Of a stretch of 64,000 nt of DNA, positions 13,500-27,829 are shown in pieces (the stretch's first letter is position 1; the number at the start of each line of letters is the position of its first letter). This DNA is from Marsupella aquatica (Eukaryota > Plantae > Marchantiophyta): the NCBI GenBank assembly GCA_973895155.1, contig OZ316892.1:30605328-30669327 (forward strand), in the 5' to 3' direction. Position numbers and translations under genes: made by a program. The notes under the pieces are model-generated. The model was not told the origin of the DNA and did no database searches. It saw nothing but the letters and a program-made list of their open reading frames with translations.

Positions 13500-15687
13500 G
13501 CTTGCATGAGAACTAATGAGTTATTTACCACTAAATATCTTATAATACTGTCCTATATGTCAACCAGGTCCTATTGGGGGGTCCTCCTTGGGCATTTATT
13601 GCTATCATGTCAAAATACTCACACTCATAGGTAGTTTGGTTTCCGCCACCAGAAATGTAGATTCTGCTTGAAACTACCTTCAACTCACACACTCTCAACT
13701 CTCATCCTTCTCCCATAAAACCCAAATATTCATAGTTGTCACCTATGAACCATCTTCCTTTCCTACCCTAATCAATGACCTTAGTACTCACTTAAACTTC
13801 TTTCATCCCCAAGTCTAACCGATGAGTCTTGACTCGCCTCAAGCTCCTGCCCAAGATCTTCAACCACACATCTCTAACTTGTGACCAACTCAATGTCTAA
13901 GCTTTCTCTTATCACTAAAAAACATTATTAATAACACAACTTCAAAATGCACAATCTTCCACCTCTCAACTTCAATATAACAAATGCCAAGGCCTTAGAT
14001 CTTCATCCACTTCTCCATTGGAGCACAATCAACAACCTAGCTTCCTTCAACATAGGTGCATGTACACATCAAGGTGTGATTTCAAAGTAAAAGCATTTTA
14101 CTACACACACAATGAGGTTCATACATGGCACAAACTCCCCATCCAAGCACTACTCCTCAAGCTAGAGCAAGTATGTGCAAGAACACAATGGAAGAAAGGA
14201 CATTGGCCTCAAGGAAAACTTCACTTCTTATACAATTCCTACTAGGCTACTACCCCACAAAGTCCAAAATAGTGGTGTGCACCAAGGCCCAAGTCCACAA
14301 AGACCAAGGACCAGGTAGCCCACCAAGGACCAAGGACCAGGTAGTAGATAGCCCACCAAAGACCAAGGACCCAAGTAGCTCGGTCTTTGGTGAAGTCTTT
14401 GCCACCTACCTACATAGTTAACTTTTAGCTATGGTAATTTCATGTTTTTACCTTTTCTCTAATATCTTGGAAATTTAAAAATATAATGGCTTGAATTATT
14501 TTCCTATCCATTGCTATAAGATATTTTCCCTATATTTTGACATCAAAATTTATTTATAGCTATAACTCCTCAACCCTAAGCCAAATTATTATTTTTAGAA
14601 CATATATTTTCTTGCCCAAGTAAGGTCTAGTTTTGGGTCGGAGGATTCCTGAAATGGTGTCATCCGAGGTGTCATCATTTCAAAAATATATATTTTTAAG
14701 TCCAAAAACTCATAAGAGGCCATATAAACCTTCTCTAACTACTATTTTAACTCTTTATCTACCTTGGACTAAGGGAGAAAGCACTCCACTACTATAAATT
14801 TATTGTTTTTTGGTTTTTTAGAGGTCTCACATAGCCCCCCTCTTAAGTGTGAAGCGTCCCCGCAAACACTAGAACTCTTGATTATGATATTTTTTCAATC
14901 GATCATAGTGCACCCGCACGGGGAACACTTCTCCAGTCAAGGTAGCAACCTTTACAGACCCATTGGCATGCAAAGTTTGAACAATATAAGGTCCCAACCA
15001 CCTGGTGTGAATTGAAGCTTGCCTGGAAAGTGGGCAAACCTGCTGTCATACAACAACACCATGTCACCTGCACAAAAATTGATTGGTCGCAATTTGTTGT
15101 CATGGTATATCTTGGTTAACCCTTGCTTGTGCTTTAAGTTCTTGTTGGCCTCTTCTCTGGTCTCCTCCAATGCCTCCAATTGATAAGCTCTCTCCATCAA
15201 ACTTTTATCTTCCTCCATGCGCTCCTCCATCGTCACCCTTAAGGTTGGCACCTCAAACTCCACCGGTACCAATGAATGCTGCCCAAAAACCAAGTAATAG
15301 GGACTATGGCCTGTTGTAGTTTTGAATGCCAAATTATAGGCATACATCGCTGAATGAAGCTTGTAGTCCCAATCTGTAAACTTATGAGCTGCAACGGTTT
15401 TGTTCAAAATCTTGCCAATGATGCCATTAGCCCTCTCTGTGAGACCATTTGCTTTAGGGTGATAAGGTGTGGTCTTGCGGTGTTTCACTAAGTAGTGATT
15501 AGTGAGTTCTTCCACCACCTCATTCAAGAAATGAGCTCCCCTATCACTCACCAACTCTAAGGGTGAGCCAAACCTTGTGAAAAGTTGTTCATACATAAAC
15601 CTGGCTGCTGTCCTTGCATCATTCTTGACTGTAGCTCTAGTCTCCACCCTAAACTTAGTAACATAGTTAGTAGCCAAGATGATATAA
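13500..15687 (-). mobile_element. 3' remnant of an Athila-like Ty3/gypsy element (integrase, PPT, ~1.3-kb LTR)
   Basis: Integrase frame, then PPT AAGAGGGGGGCTA followed by TGTGAGACC at 14831 on the minus strand. The left LTR boundary is uncertain (~13490-13560). Confidence 0.8.
14900..15687 (-). pseudogene. Gypsy integrase C-terminal half
   Basis: YIILATNY, LVSDRGAHF, TTPYHPKANGLTERANG and LLYDSRF..FPGKL, very similar to the integrase at 48450-49373. Confidence 0.9.
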
Positions 15688-15699
15688 TCAGCCTATTCA

Positions 15700-16000
15700 T
15701 TAAAAGTGTATTATTATTTGATTTATGTACATTTGGGCAATGAAAAATGTACTATTGGGCTTGGAAAAGTGTACATTTGGGGATAGAAAAGTGTACAATT
15801 GGCCTAAAGAGTGTACATTTGGGCAATGAAAAGTGTATATTTGAACATCAAAATAGGTACATTTGGCCTAGAAAGTGTACATTTGAGTGAAAGAAACATA
15901 CATTTGGCTTAAAAAGTGTAAATTTAAGTGCATTTGGTATAGAAAGTGTAACTTTGAGTGCAACAAAGTGTACATTTGGCCTAAAAAGTGTACATTTTCC
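15700..16000. repeat. Tandem array of ~21-bp units (AAAGTGTACATTTGG core)
   Basis: About a dozen degenerate copies starting where the gypsy integrase is cut. Probably subterminal repeats of the Sola-like element. Confidence 0.85.
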
Positions 16001-16397
16001 TACCAACTCTTATTATAATCATTTAAAAGAAAGGAATGAATAGAAAAATAAATTTAATTATGCAAAAAAGCAAACATTCATATTCATAACGATCAAAAGT
16101 TTAGAAACTGAGGAGATAGTATAACTAACACTCAATGGCATGGTCTCACATTAAAACTATTAGAATAGTAAATAACTAGTACGTAAGTTACTATGTTTGA
16201 ATGAGTGACTATCTTACATAAAAACTAGTCACTATCTATTTAATTATTATAGCTTCTAACAACTAAGTCTACTTGTCCATCCTTTGAAGATAACTTTGGA
16301 CAGTTTGTAGAACATTTTGAGGAATCTTCAAACCTCTGCCCGCCATGTTTTCTTCTTTCATTCTAGATTTAAAACCATATATTGCAGAATTTGCATA

Positions 16398-19069
16398 CTA
16401 CCAATGTTGAGCGTTCTCACAAAACCCTGGATCTCGTTCCCATGTCTTAGTGGACATGAAGCAGTTTAGATACCGTGCACTCTCAGTCACATCAAGTTTA
16501 GAGTGTTTAGCCTCCACCATTCGACTGGAAACATTGGAGCATATTGTTGAGGCAGAGGAGGGTTTGTTTGGAGATGTAGTTGGGACTTCATGCTTAGGGT
16601 CCACCGAACCCAAAGCTCTCACCAACCAGAAATGACCTCCACCATTTTTATTCTCCCAGTCATCCTCGGGTCAAAGAAATACAAAGTTCCCTTCACGAAT
16701 ATCCTGTAGGGGAATCCACCATCCTTGTTCTCTCTCAGCTCGAGATCCAACAAATGGTGTTGCTTGATCTTCCATTTCTTTCAAGACCTCATTTTGAAGA
16801 GCCGTCATCTCCGCATTCTCCTCATCTTCACTTGGAGGACCACTTTGTTCCGGTTGGTTGACCTTGTAACCAATGCCGTGGTTAGTCTTAGGCCAAAATC
16901 CATTTTTCAAGGGAAATTGAGTACTTCCCTCCCCTTCTAGTGCGAGCCCATTTGTCAACAACTCCACAATTCTCTCCCAATATTTCACAAGAGGAAATCT
17001 TTCCTTATATGCTATAGATGTCTCATCAGTGCAACTCCTCTCAAAAAATCGAGGTACTTGTTAAGAAATGGGATAATCTCTTCAGATTTTTTGTGTATCT
17101 CTCCAATGGATTTAGCTAAGGGCTCTCCACTAGGTAAAAGAAGAGAATTTGTTGTCAGATCTATTGCCCAAATGCATCTTCCTCCAACTGGAGCCCAAGC
17201 TTGCTTTACATGGGACTTATATTGAAATATTGGTACATTATCTCTCATAGAGAAAAGAAATGATACGGGTTTTGAGTGACCTTGAATATCTTTAACTTTG
17301 AAAGTTTGAAGATATTCTTTGTATGCCCCATCTTTATGGAAACTGAAGTTTGCAAATGATTTGCTCCAAATCTTGTACAGAGTATTCTCTGTAACTGGGG
17401 GAAGCCCCTCTTCCTTCATCTTTGTTCTCACATCTTCCAAAATCTCCAACTTCTTGTAACATGCTGGAAGACGATACTCAATGGAGTCTGTCCCATGAGC
17501 CCCAGCATAAGGTATATGAGGCATGGGCTCTGCATTTTGAGTCAAAAAATCCTCCAACAGAGCTCTTGCATGCAAGGTATTTGACCTTGTTTTCATGGAG
17601 CCCGTGTTTCCATGGAACCCAATTTTGCAACCCTCCACATATCTCCTTTTGTAATCATAATATTTTGTGTGGCTAAAGCCATGGATGATTGCAAATGCAT
17701 GTCTACATACGACCATACCCTTGAGAACATGGTGCCCCTTATCACGAACATCATCTTCTCTGTAGTGGAAGAGGTTGAAAATATGTGATGTTTTTGACTC
17801 GCTAGACATCCCATGAAATTCTATCCAGATATCTTCTATGTCTTCTCTTGGCATAGTCAAACAACATTTTTGCTTGCAACAATTCTCTCTTTTAATTTCA
17901 TCAATCAAAGCTTCCGTTGTTTTTGAAACTGCCTTGGTTTCCAACAACCTTCTCTTCTTTTCAATCGGATCTACATGAGTCCTCTTGTTGAAATTGTATG
18001 GCCTTGTGCGCGGCATTCCCCTATCATTTACATTTGGATAGAGATCATCCCTATCCACCGCCTCCATCCTCTCTGAACCTTCAACCAAAATGTCCAACAA
18101 AAATTTCCCGTTTGCAAGTAGTTTTGTTGAATCAATCCGCCACCGAACCAAAGTAATTACTCCCCTATGGAAGTTGGGAAAGTATTGTGATTCCACCACA
18201 TCTTTCACAACAATCCCTACATGGTCCTTGCCAAGGATTTCATCGTCAACCGCCGTGGTTTCTTGAGGCACAGTGATGGTCCCCGTGGCAACCCTATTGG
18301 TTCGATCTGAACTGATGTATAGTTCGACCAACTCTGACATCCAATTTGACCGTTGGAAATAGTCCCAATTAGTTTTAGAAATTTCAGCTAAGGGAGACTC
18401 CACAACAAAACTCCACTCTATGTTGATATCATCACCCGCATCCTTCTTTGAGAAACTCTTTCTACTTCGGACATCTGCCACATCCTAGAGAACCCATGAG
18501 TCTTTTGCCTTGTCAATTGTGTCAGCCCCATTGTGTTTGTAAGGTAAAACCCTACTCCCATGAATGACATCAGTGACCCTCACACTGATCCGTGATTCAC
18601 CAAGTAAAATGTTGTGACATCTTTCCATTGGATTTGTATTGAAAACAACTCCAAGGGCTACACAACACCCAAAGATGAACATTTCAACCTCATCCCCTTG
18701 CCTCAGAGTGGTCGATGAGTCCTCCTCTACAGTTGGATTTTTCTCCAAATTACTCTCCGGTCGATTTGAACAACTACCTACACTAATGCGTTTTTGAGAA
18801 TTTGTTATCGTTGATAGATATGCGCAAGACAAATCCCAAATGACGCAAGAATCAATGGCATCAAAAAGGTTTTTTGCCCGAGGCATTGGAAATGGTAGTT
18901 TTGTGGTTTGGTCAAAAACTTTCTCAATGAGAACGCCCATTCGATTCTCTCTCAACAATATCTTTTGAACACTATCTTGCGGGTTGATTTTTTGAACTGT
19001 CCCGCTTGCAACATCGTAACCACCAATTGTCAATATCACATTGTCGCCTCTCAAAAATATTCTGGTCAT
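16398..19069 (-). pseudogene. Sola/DUF7869-like DNA transposase remnant with three N-terminal Tnp1/DUF8039-like repeats
   Basis: ORFs 18485..19069 and 17012..18481 share a frame separated by one TAG. Motifs CCKQKCC, VCRHAFAIIHGFS, HGNTG and AEPMPH. Three repeats of VAxGxV...RxxVxIxxV...LP...V(I/L)W. Confidence 0.6.
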
Positions 19070-19134
19070 TCCTACAACGTGTTCACCTACACAATTTAAA
19101 ATGTAAAGTATTAGTTAACAACAGTCCCAACTAG

Positions 19135-19653
19135 GAAGCAGATAGGTGTGAACCCTATCCAAGGACAGTGCGCAAATAGGGATCATTCCCATCAAGAAAA
19201 ATAATGGGTCCATAAACAATCCTTAGCTAGCCCTAAGATCCCTGATCCCTATTCAGACGTTGGATAGGAATGATCCCTGTCCAGACGGTAGATAGGTTCT
19301 GTCACTATCCAAACAGTGGACATAGATGATCACTATAAACGGCGGACAGGGATGATCCCTGTCAGAATGGCGGATAGGGTCTATCACTGTCCAAACGGCA
19401 AACAAGGATCATCCCTGCCTAAGCGGCGGATAGTGTCTCTCATTGTCCAAAGGGCGGACACAGCTGATCCCTGTCCAAATGGCGGATAGGGTCTATCACT
19501 GTCCAAACAATAGACATGGATGATTCAAGGTCCGGATCACTTAGGATCACTCAGCGATCCTATCAAGTAAAACCTTTCATATTGGGGTCTCATAAAGCAA
19601 ATACCTCAAACGACGGAGAGGGATCATCCCTATCCAAATGGCGAACAGGGATC
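19135..19653. repeat. 28-bp quasi-palindromic tandem repeat array, left part
   Basis: Degenerate GGACAGGGATCATCCCTATCCAAANNNN units, cut by the CACTA insertion at 19654. Confidence 0.85.
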
Positions 19654-20481
19654 CACTAGTAGAAACCGGGGGGTATTTAGACCCCATTAAACGACTATTC
19701 AGTACCGTATAGGACTTGGAAACGACTGGGAAGGACTCCAGTCCTTTATAGGACTGCGAGTCGTATGTTTTGTTACTATAATCAACTGAGTCCTTTATAG
19801 AACTGGTTTATAAGTCGTTTAATAGACTGGATTTTCAGTCTATTTTAGTCTTTGTGTGGGTAGCTTTGGTGAGTCGTTTTCAATCTTTTATGGGCTGAGA
19901 TGGTGAGTCGTTGGGAACGACTAAAAAGGTTATGGAGGGTAGTCTTTAAATATACTTTGTGGGGTATGTATAAGTCTTTCATGTCAACTGGATATGAGTG
20001 ATGAAGACCCCACTATACTACTTGGAATGAACCCACTCTTGTGCACAAATAACATATTGCATTCATGTTTTATTGTGTACTTGGAATGAACTCACTCTAT
20101 AAGTTCACCATTCATCATGTTAACATTAGAATACATAGTTTCAGAAAGCCATCTTCTATACCATGTACACTAATATGAATTCACAGATTCAAACTTCATA
20201 GACTACAAAGAAGGTCACAAAGTATTCCTCTATACCATACACACTAATACTGAAATGATACAAAACAGATTCAAGTATCATAGACAATCACCATAGAGCC
20301 ATAGTTTGACATCAATCACTTGTTTCATACATACAGAATTCAGAAATATCAATGTCACACACAACGGCTCCTTCATCCTCTTTACCAAATGGAAAAATTG
20401 GTACAGATATTTCTTGGATCTTTCCAAGGCAATGTCAAAATGTGACACAATTCACATGATTCTATCTACACTTGCATTCAG

Positions 20482-23400
20482 TCACTGCAGACTAACACAC
20501 TCTGATGGCCAGAGCACAAGAGATCCTACTGCATCTGCAATTATTTCCTGAGGTGGATCATCGTCTCTATTCGGAAATGGCAAATTACAATCAGATACAA
20601 TCACTGTAGTCAACAACACTACTACATGGTCATCCGGGACCACTTTGCCATGGAATTTTGCATGATCCGGTCGCAAAATGCCTGTACCCACACATACCTG
20701 CAAGTCATCCTCCCATGATAGAAGATTATGGACTGGCTCTACTGTGGCTATCACCTCCACCTTACCCTGGCTGTTTTTCTTGGCTTTCCTGGGTGGCTTA
20801 TACATGACATTATTCATACCTTGGTTGCGAGTCATGACTTTGGCACGAGTGTTTTGTGCTAGTGATCGAGAATTGGCTACACTCTTCTTCAAAGAATCTG
20901 CATCCATATTTGACACTTCTGATTGTGTAGCAGGATTTCCCTGCGACATCATCTCAGTATCTGCCAACATTGTACTTGCTTCAATTGAAGCATCTACAAT
21001 CTTACTTGCATCCAATGTTGCTCCCAAGTTTTGACGTCGCTTCACCCTGCTCCCACTTGGTTGAGAGTCTGTCAACTCTGCATCAACTACAATTCAGTGT
21101 CATGTCCAACATAAGTCAATCACTCATCACATGTGCTAAATGTACATGTCACCCACCACAAAGTTGTCACTATCTCCTTACCATTATGAACAACCTTCTT
21201 CCCCTTCTTTGCCATTGCCATATGCTCCATGTCTGCTTCTGTTGATCAATAAACACACCACAATATTCACGTTGAATCTATTAACCACTGAATTGTTGCT
21301 CAACATTCATATAGAGGAATTTAAAGCATCAGCTTACCTGATACCTCCTTGGCTATGGTCACTGAGGCACTGGGCACATCTTCTTCATTATTGCTCTTTG
21401 AATCACCTGATACATCAATCATGATGTCACTTCAGATCCCAGTTCATCCAACCAGTTCTTACAGAAAAGATTACCTCCAACCGGCTTAAGCTTCACAAAA
21501 CTCCATGCACTTTTCAAATGTAATGTACTGGATCATAGCAGGTTACCTGTCTCAGCAACCTTCTTGCCCTCTGCTTACTGATTACAGGGTCCTTCTCTGC
21601 CTCCACTCTTCCTGCATTCAAACCATTCACTCAATTCATGAAAACTTACTTCTAACATTTGAACATAGGACACAATGAACAATGGGCCGGTGTCATTTCC
21701 ATACCTGTGTCAGATTTGCCAATTCCCTTTTTTGTTAACAAGGGCACACTTTGTACAATGTTGCCCTCATTGTTTGGTTGGGAACCACCCAACTTTTCAA
21801 TCACAAGCTTGAAATTAGATTCCACTGATGCAAAAAGGTTCGCTACAGATGCCTCCACAATATCCAAACGATCAGCCAATTTACTTTCCACTCGAGGGAG
21901 TCCACACTCTAATGACTTCAACCGTTCACACATCTCTGTGAGAGTTGTAACAGTTCCCTGTCATAACACAGCTTACATATCTCAGATAACTGTCCCCAAG
22001 AACTGGTTGCTTACTTCCTACTACATTTCTTTCTGATGCTCAAGGCCAAATAGTCACAGAACATACAGAATTACAACATAATCACCTGTTTGGAAGTTAC
22101 ACTTGTCACCTCACTCCTTTGTTTCATGAACTCCTCTCTCACTTCTTGTGCTGATGGTTCTTCACCTGTCAATTTCTTCTGCAGTCCACATCAACATACA
22201 TATGAATGAAACCAAGTGTTGATTGTCAATGAAAATGTAATAATGGTAGCAAGATGATAAGTTTGAGGCTTACTATCAGGCATGTCACTGCCTTACCAAT
22301 TGTTCTTTCACTGGAGCATAACTTCCTCTCCCAGCCTGTGAAAGGTGTTTCACTTTGCCTCGAGCATTTGACATCAGTTCACTCTTGCTCTGTCCAGCCT
22401 CCGACATGAACCCTTTGATTAACCGTGTCCATTGATCCAGTTCCAATGATGGGGGTGGTGGCATTCTCCTGTTAGAACCATTGTCTATCCACATCCTTTT
22501 CAACCTATGCCTCTCTTGTTTCAAAATCCTCATTGCATAATCTGATATGCAATCTTCAACTGGGCCCTTACCATCATTACCAACATACTCCCACCGTTCA
22601 AGAATGTCCTTGCAGATAGCAGCCCAATCAGCTTTGTTCTGACTCCTAAACTCTGTAATGCTCAAATCTAACCAACGCAATACTTCTCCTCTTAGGTCAG
22701 AATGCCAACGGTTCTTACCATCACAGTGGGAGTTATCCAACCTTCGGAATTCACTTCTACTTTACCAAATTTGTTACTGTCTCCTGCCTTGGTACTCCCT
22801 GAAGCGCTACTAGGTGTCCCTCCACGGCCTGGGGTCCCTCCACGGCCTGATCTCCCCCCACGGCTTGGATTGCATTGTCCAAACCTCCCTGGAGTCCCTG
22901 CACATTTACAGGATCCATTTACAGTCACTTACATTAGGTAAGTATGAATCATAAATCCCGCTGCCAAATATACAGTGGACTTCAGAGCAATTCTGCAATG
23001 ACCAAGTTACCTCTCCCTTGGCGCATAGATGGTTCTGGACCACCTGTCCTATTGCTTTGTCTTGATGAATTAGGGGCGTTTCTCCCGCCTGTGAATGATT
23101 GCCTCCTATCTGAACGTGGATGGCCTTTGTTGTTTTCGTGATTGTCCCAATCAGAGTCTGCATACCAACAGGTACATGCCACACTCATGGACCTGTAAGA
23201 TAAACTCTTTGCCCTAGCTACACATCAGATAAGTGCATATTGAGCTAAATCTCTACTACCATCACAAAATCACTAGCACAAGGCACTTACTTGTCCAATC
23301 ATCCTCCTCACCTTTCCATTGCCCTCTGTACCCGTCTCTACCACGCTCTGGGTGTTCATATTCATCCCATCCATCTTCTGCTCCATCATAGTCATCATCA

Positions 23401-23633
23401 TAATCATCAGGCGTCCCTTGCCAATAACTCTGGCTCCTTCTAGGGTATGGATTATGTGATTTCTCTCTAGCTGCCCACCTACCTGGGACTTGATGAGGGC
23501 CCTGTGCATCTTGCACAGGTGCATTTTTCTGTGAGCCCCCTGCATCTGGGTCTCCATCCATATCCAATCTTTCCTCTTCACCCCACTCTCCAAGCCCCAT
23601 GTCTGTCTCCATGTCATCACCCTCTTCCCCCAT
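20482..23633 (-). pseudogene. CACTA TnpA/Ptta-like second gene, multi-exon
   Basis: Exon 22285..22740 has the Transposase_24-like pattern QWTRLIKGF...SELMSNAR...HLSQAGRGSY. Exon 20482..21075 ends in a Tnp1-like domain (FHGKVVPDDHVVV...LPFP...AVGSLVLWP). Acidic and coiled-coil exons lie between. Exact splicing is unresolved. Confidence 0.65.
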
Positions 23634-23810
23634 AGCTTCTGCACAGCACCCACAACCAAACAGGGAGAATCAGCACACTAAATTCAAAGTATCAATCAAT
23701 TTCATGCATATCCAACTATCCTAAACATCATTCCAGGCAGCAATTCCCGTTCTGTGACTCTGTGCAGGTAGTCATCCTCAACCTCATACTTGCCAATCGC
23801 CAGCTGTTGC

Positions 23811-26800
23811 CTATTGCAAATCATCAACCTCATCATATTCCATTTGCCCAGGTTCATCATATGTCTCTCTCAATGTTAAGGGGATGTAGTCAGTCCCTGC
23901 CCGAGTTGGAAGTACAGTCTCATGACTAGGATGCTCGAATGCAGCATGGTCATCCAAACTGAACTCTACTTTACTTCCATCCATCCGCCTGTTCCGTGCT
24001 TGGCTATGGCATACCACCCTCCAGCCATGTGACTCCTCCACATCTGCAAAGAAAGCCTGTTCAACTTGGCTAGGGAAAACAAAAGGCTCAGACCATTCTG
24101 GTACTCTGGACCTAAAATTGGCCAACAAGAACCCATCATGATCACGCTTCATGGTGGCCCTTGGTCTCTGCCACTCTGATTTCACCCATGATCCCTTCAT
24201 CAATATCACTGGGACACTTGTGTTACCATAATTCAACACCCAAATGTCGGTCAACTCCCCCACGTAACCCATCTTCATCCACCCCCTCTGTTCTTCAGAG
24301 GTTCTCTGCTCAAACACAAAAATCAAACCACAATCATATGATACACAATGGTCACCCTGCTCATCCCTCACTCGATAATGATTTCCATAAGCTCTCATCC
24401 ATTTGTAGGTCAGAATAGACAATCGTGGTGGCACAGATAGAAGATACAAATCCTTCTCCATATCTGGGTGATGTCTACTATGCTCTCGAATTGTCACCCG
24501 AATCCATTGCTCGAACTGTGGGAAGGGATCCTGCTGCCCAGAGTGTGCAGCTTTTTGCATATCATATTCCCTGCAATATGAGGTACAGGCATAGTTAGGT
24601 CTAAACAACACATGACAACCTAAGATCACCCTTGGAACAGACAAGAAGCATCACAACAAAGGCAAGTCAATTCAATCACTCACCTCCACCATGGTTGCAT
24701 AGGCTCTGTGTTTGCCAGCACATATGAATGAGCCTTGTCTCGAATCGCAACAGGCAGCTGAACAACACGTCCCACACCTTCAACAACCTCGCCACTCACT
24801 CCATCATCTTCACCAGATTTCCAAACTCTTGTCATAGCTTCACCAGACCCAGCCATGTACTCTGTTAGGAATCCCAACGTCTCATCCTTAATGTACCCCA
24901 ATGCCATGGAAGCCTCTGGCCTGTAGTATGTTCTCACATGACCTTTCAACAACTTCATGTATCGCTCCATAGGGTACATCCATCTGGTACTGACTGGCCC
25001 ATACTGCCCTAGCTCTTCTACCACATGGATTAGGAGATGAGTCATAACATCAAAGAAAGCAGGGGGGAAGTATATCTCCAAGTCACAGAGGACATAAGCA
25101 GCATCCTGCTTCAACTGCTCCAATCCTTGGGGATCCCACACTTTCACACATATACGGCGAAATACATTGCACAGTCGAAGAATGACATTACGGACTGGTT
25201 TCTGCATGAGACCTCTGAGGCATAGGGGCAGAATGTGCTGCATCAACACATGGTAGTCATGTGTTTTCATACTGCCAAGTTTATTCTTTGTAATATGCTT
25301 CTTGAAGGCACCAGCATAGCCAGAGGGCACTTTCAGACAGCTCAATCTATACAAGAATGTCTTCCATTCATCCTGTGTGCACACATAGGGAGCTTGGAAC
25401 TTGAGAAGTACATTGGGATTGCTTGCATGGGGCTTCAACCAAAGGTGAGGGCGAATCCCCTTCTGTTGCATATCAGCTCGAACTGCTCCTGTATCTTTCT
25501 CACCCGACAAGAACTTCAGCAAGCTCTCACAAATATTTTTCTCAATGTGCATGACGTCCACATTGTGTTTGCTGGGCTCGAATTCTTGCACTCCACAAAG
25601 CAAAGAATTCAACAACAGAAACACTAATTAACCACATAGGAGGATTGTAACCAACATCAATCCACCATTGCTCCAATCTAAAATTGCAATCATACAGGGG
25701 CTGGAGGCTAAGTACATTACCCTCCAGTACTCCAACTCCAAGTCCATCAAGGTCTGTCTTTTCACACCGTGTTTCACCACTGGATCCTCAGGTTCTCGAT
25801 CAGTGGCACTTCTCTTGTCCCAATCAGCCTTCCTGGCTGCCCACCTCAGGACTTGCTCTCTGGTGACCCTCTGTGGTGGGCCACGAAGCTCTGTTTTGTT
25901 GTTGAAGTGTGCAATTTGAGACCGTGTGTGCCTGTAAGGATGATCAACAGGCAGATACCTTCTATGCCCCTGAAATTTCATACTGTGCAGGGCATGCGAC
26001 CACTCACTTGTCACATTTTTCCCACATGGTGTGCACCCCACATAGCCCTTTGTCACTCGTCCAGATATGATGCCATGGCCTGGGTAATCTGCTATATCCA
26101 GCAAACAAATTGCATGCAGTCTAAAGGGGCTGGGTCGAAGAAGCCCCTTCAGAACATCATGGGTTAACACCCCTTCTATCCACAAAGTCTTCCACTCTTC
26201 CACTGCTGGAGCCAACATGATATCTATGAATTGCTCGGTCACAGAAGCTGGTCCAGGGATTAACAGCACCATCATGACAAAAAACCTCTTTGTAGTCATC
26301 CATGGGGGAAGGTTGTAATTTAGCAGCGTAACCGGCCAACATGAATAACGGTTGTTTTTGTCTCCAAATGGGTTTACTCCATCCAGTGATAGACCAAATC
26401 TAAAGTTCCGCTTCTCTGCAGCAAACTGTGGCCACCTCTCATCAACAAATTTCCAATGGTTGGAATCTCCAATGTGACGCTGCAGGCCATCACTGCTCTT
26501 GTTATCAGGAGTCCATGTCATCAGCTTGGAAATGGCAGGGCATCTAAACAGACGTTGAAGTCTAGGAATGAGAGGAAAATGACGAAGAACCTTGGCAGGG
26601 TGTGTACATTTCCCTACATTCTTGTACCTATGCTTACCACAATGAGGGCATGTCAATTTATCTGCATGCTCTTTGCGAAAGAGAACACACCCATCAGGGC
26701 ATGCGTCAATAGACACATAGTTCAGCCCAAGGTTAGACATCAATTTCCTAGCCTCGTACATATTTTTTGGAATTGAATTACCATCTGGTAACACATTTTG

Positions 26801-27511
26801 GCGCATGAAGGTCAACAACTCTGTCACAAATATATTGGGAACATTGTGATTGCCACAGATGTTCAACAACAACACGACAAAACCCAGCTTGGAGCAGTTC
26901 GACCCCTCGTAGATAGGAATGCAAGCTTCTTTGATGTGTTTTGGGCCCCCAAACACCCACTCCCTCTCTGCTGCACCTTCCCCAATGTCAAAGTCAGGTT
27001 CAGCTTGGCCGTCGCCAATGTGTGGCTGCGGTTCATTGTCCTCTTCTGATTCCACTGTGTCATAAAAAGCATCAAGGTCTTCAAAAATCTCTTGAACCAT
27101 TCTTGGGACATCCATCCCACCGTCCTCAGTGACTGCCTCTCCATCTCCATCTTGGTCATCCACGTTCTCATGTTGGACCCCAGGACCATCCTCTGCACAG
27201 TCTATGTCCTGCTCTACGTAGTCTCTATGCCTAGCTGTATTAGAATCCACAAAGTCAGCTCTCCACTCTTCATCAGAGGAGTCTTCTTCTGCTGGTACAT
27301 TCCAAACCCTCCACCGAGGGTGCCTTTCATGCCGCAGGAGGTGAAGGTGCACAGTGTTCAAACTCAACGACTTGAATCCTTGGCACTATGTGCATGGGCA
27401 TCTCATCCTCCTACTCCTACCTTGGGCGGCCCGGGCTTGTTCACGCATCCACAATTTAGAATCATGATGCCTAATCCTAAATGGGTTGTGAAGAGGCAAC
27501 CTTGGAGCCAT
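23811..27511 (-). pseudogene. CACTA TnpD/Tnp2 transposase (zinc domain, Transposase_21, DUF4218, DUF4216), 3 exons, one premature stop
   Basis: ATG 27511, RCPCT*C..VHLHL (TAG at 27386-27388), IDACPDGCVLF, LRHFPLIPRL, LSLDGVNPF, NYNLPPW, DYPG, DVMHIEKN, KTHDYHVLM, FPPAFFDVMTHL, RWMYPMERY and EPFVFPSQVEQ. Confidence 0.93.
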
Positions 27512-27829
27512 CACTATACACACGCACTCAGCACCCTGTCATTTTATTATGCAAGTGAAAAATACACTTCCTGTTAAGGATTTCACCCCCAACTGTACTT
27601 GCCAAAATACGTAACGTTCCAAAAAAACAAAAAATATAGGTGCCTGAGTCATGTACCTATTCTCAAGTGAATGAGACAAAATTCCTAAATGTTTGAGGGT
27701 GTCAACTCCTCCGCTGTCCTCACATGTACTGCCTCTGCACGTACATCCATGACCATATCAGAGTCCAATCATGTATAGTCATAGACACAGGTGCCAGGTG
27801 CGAGACCGGTGTGAGATGTCCTCATCTTA

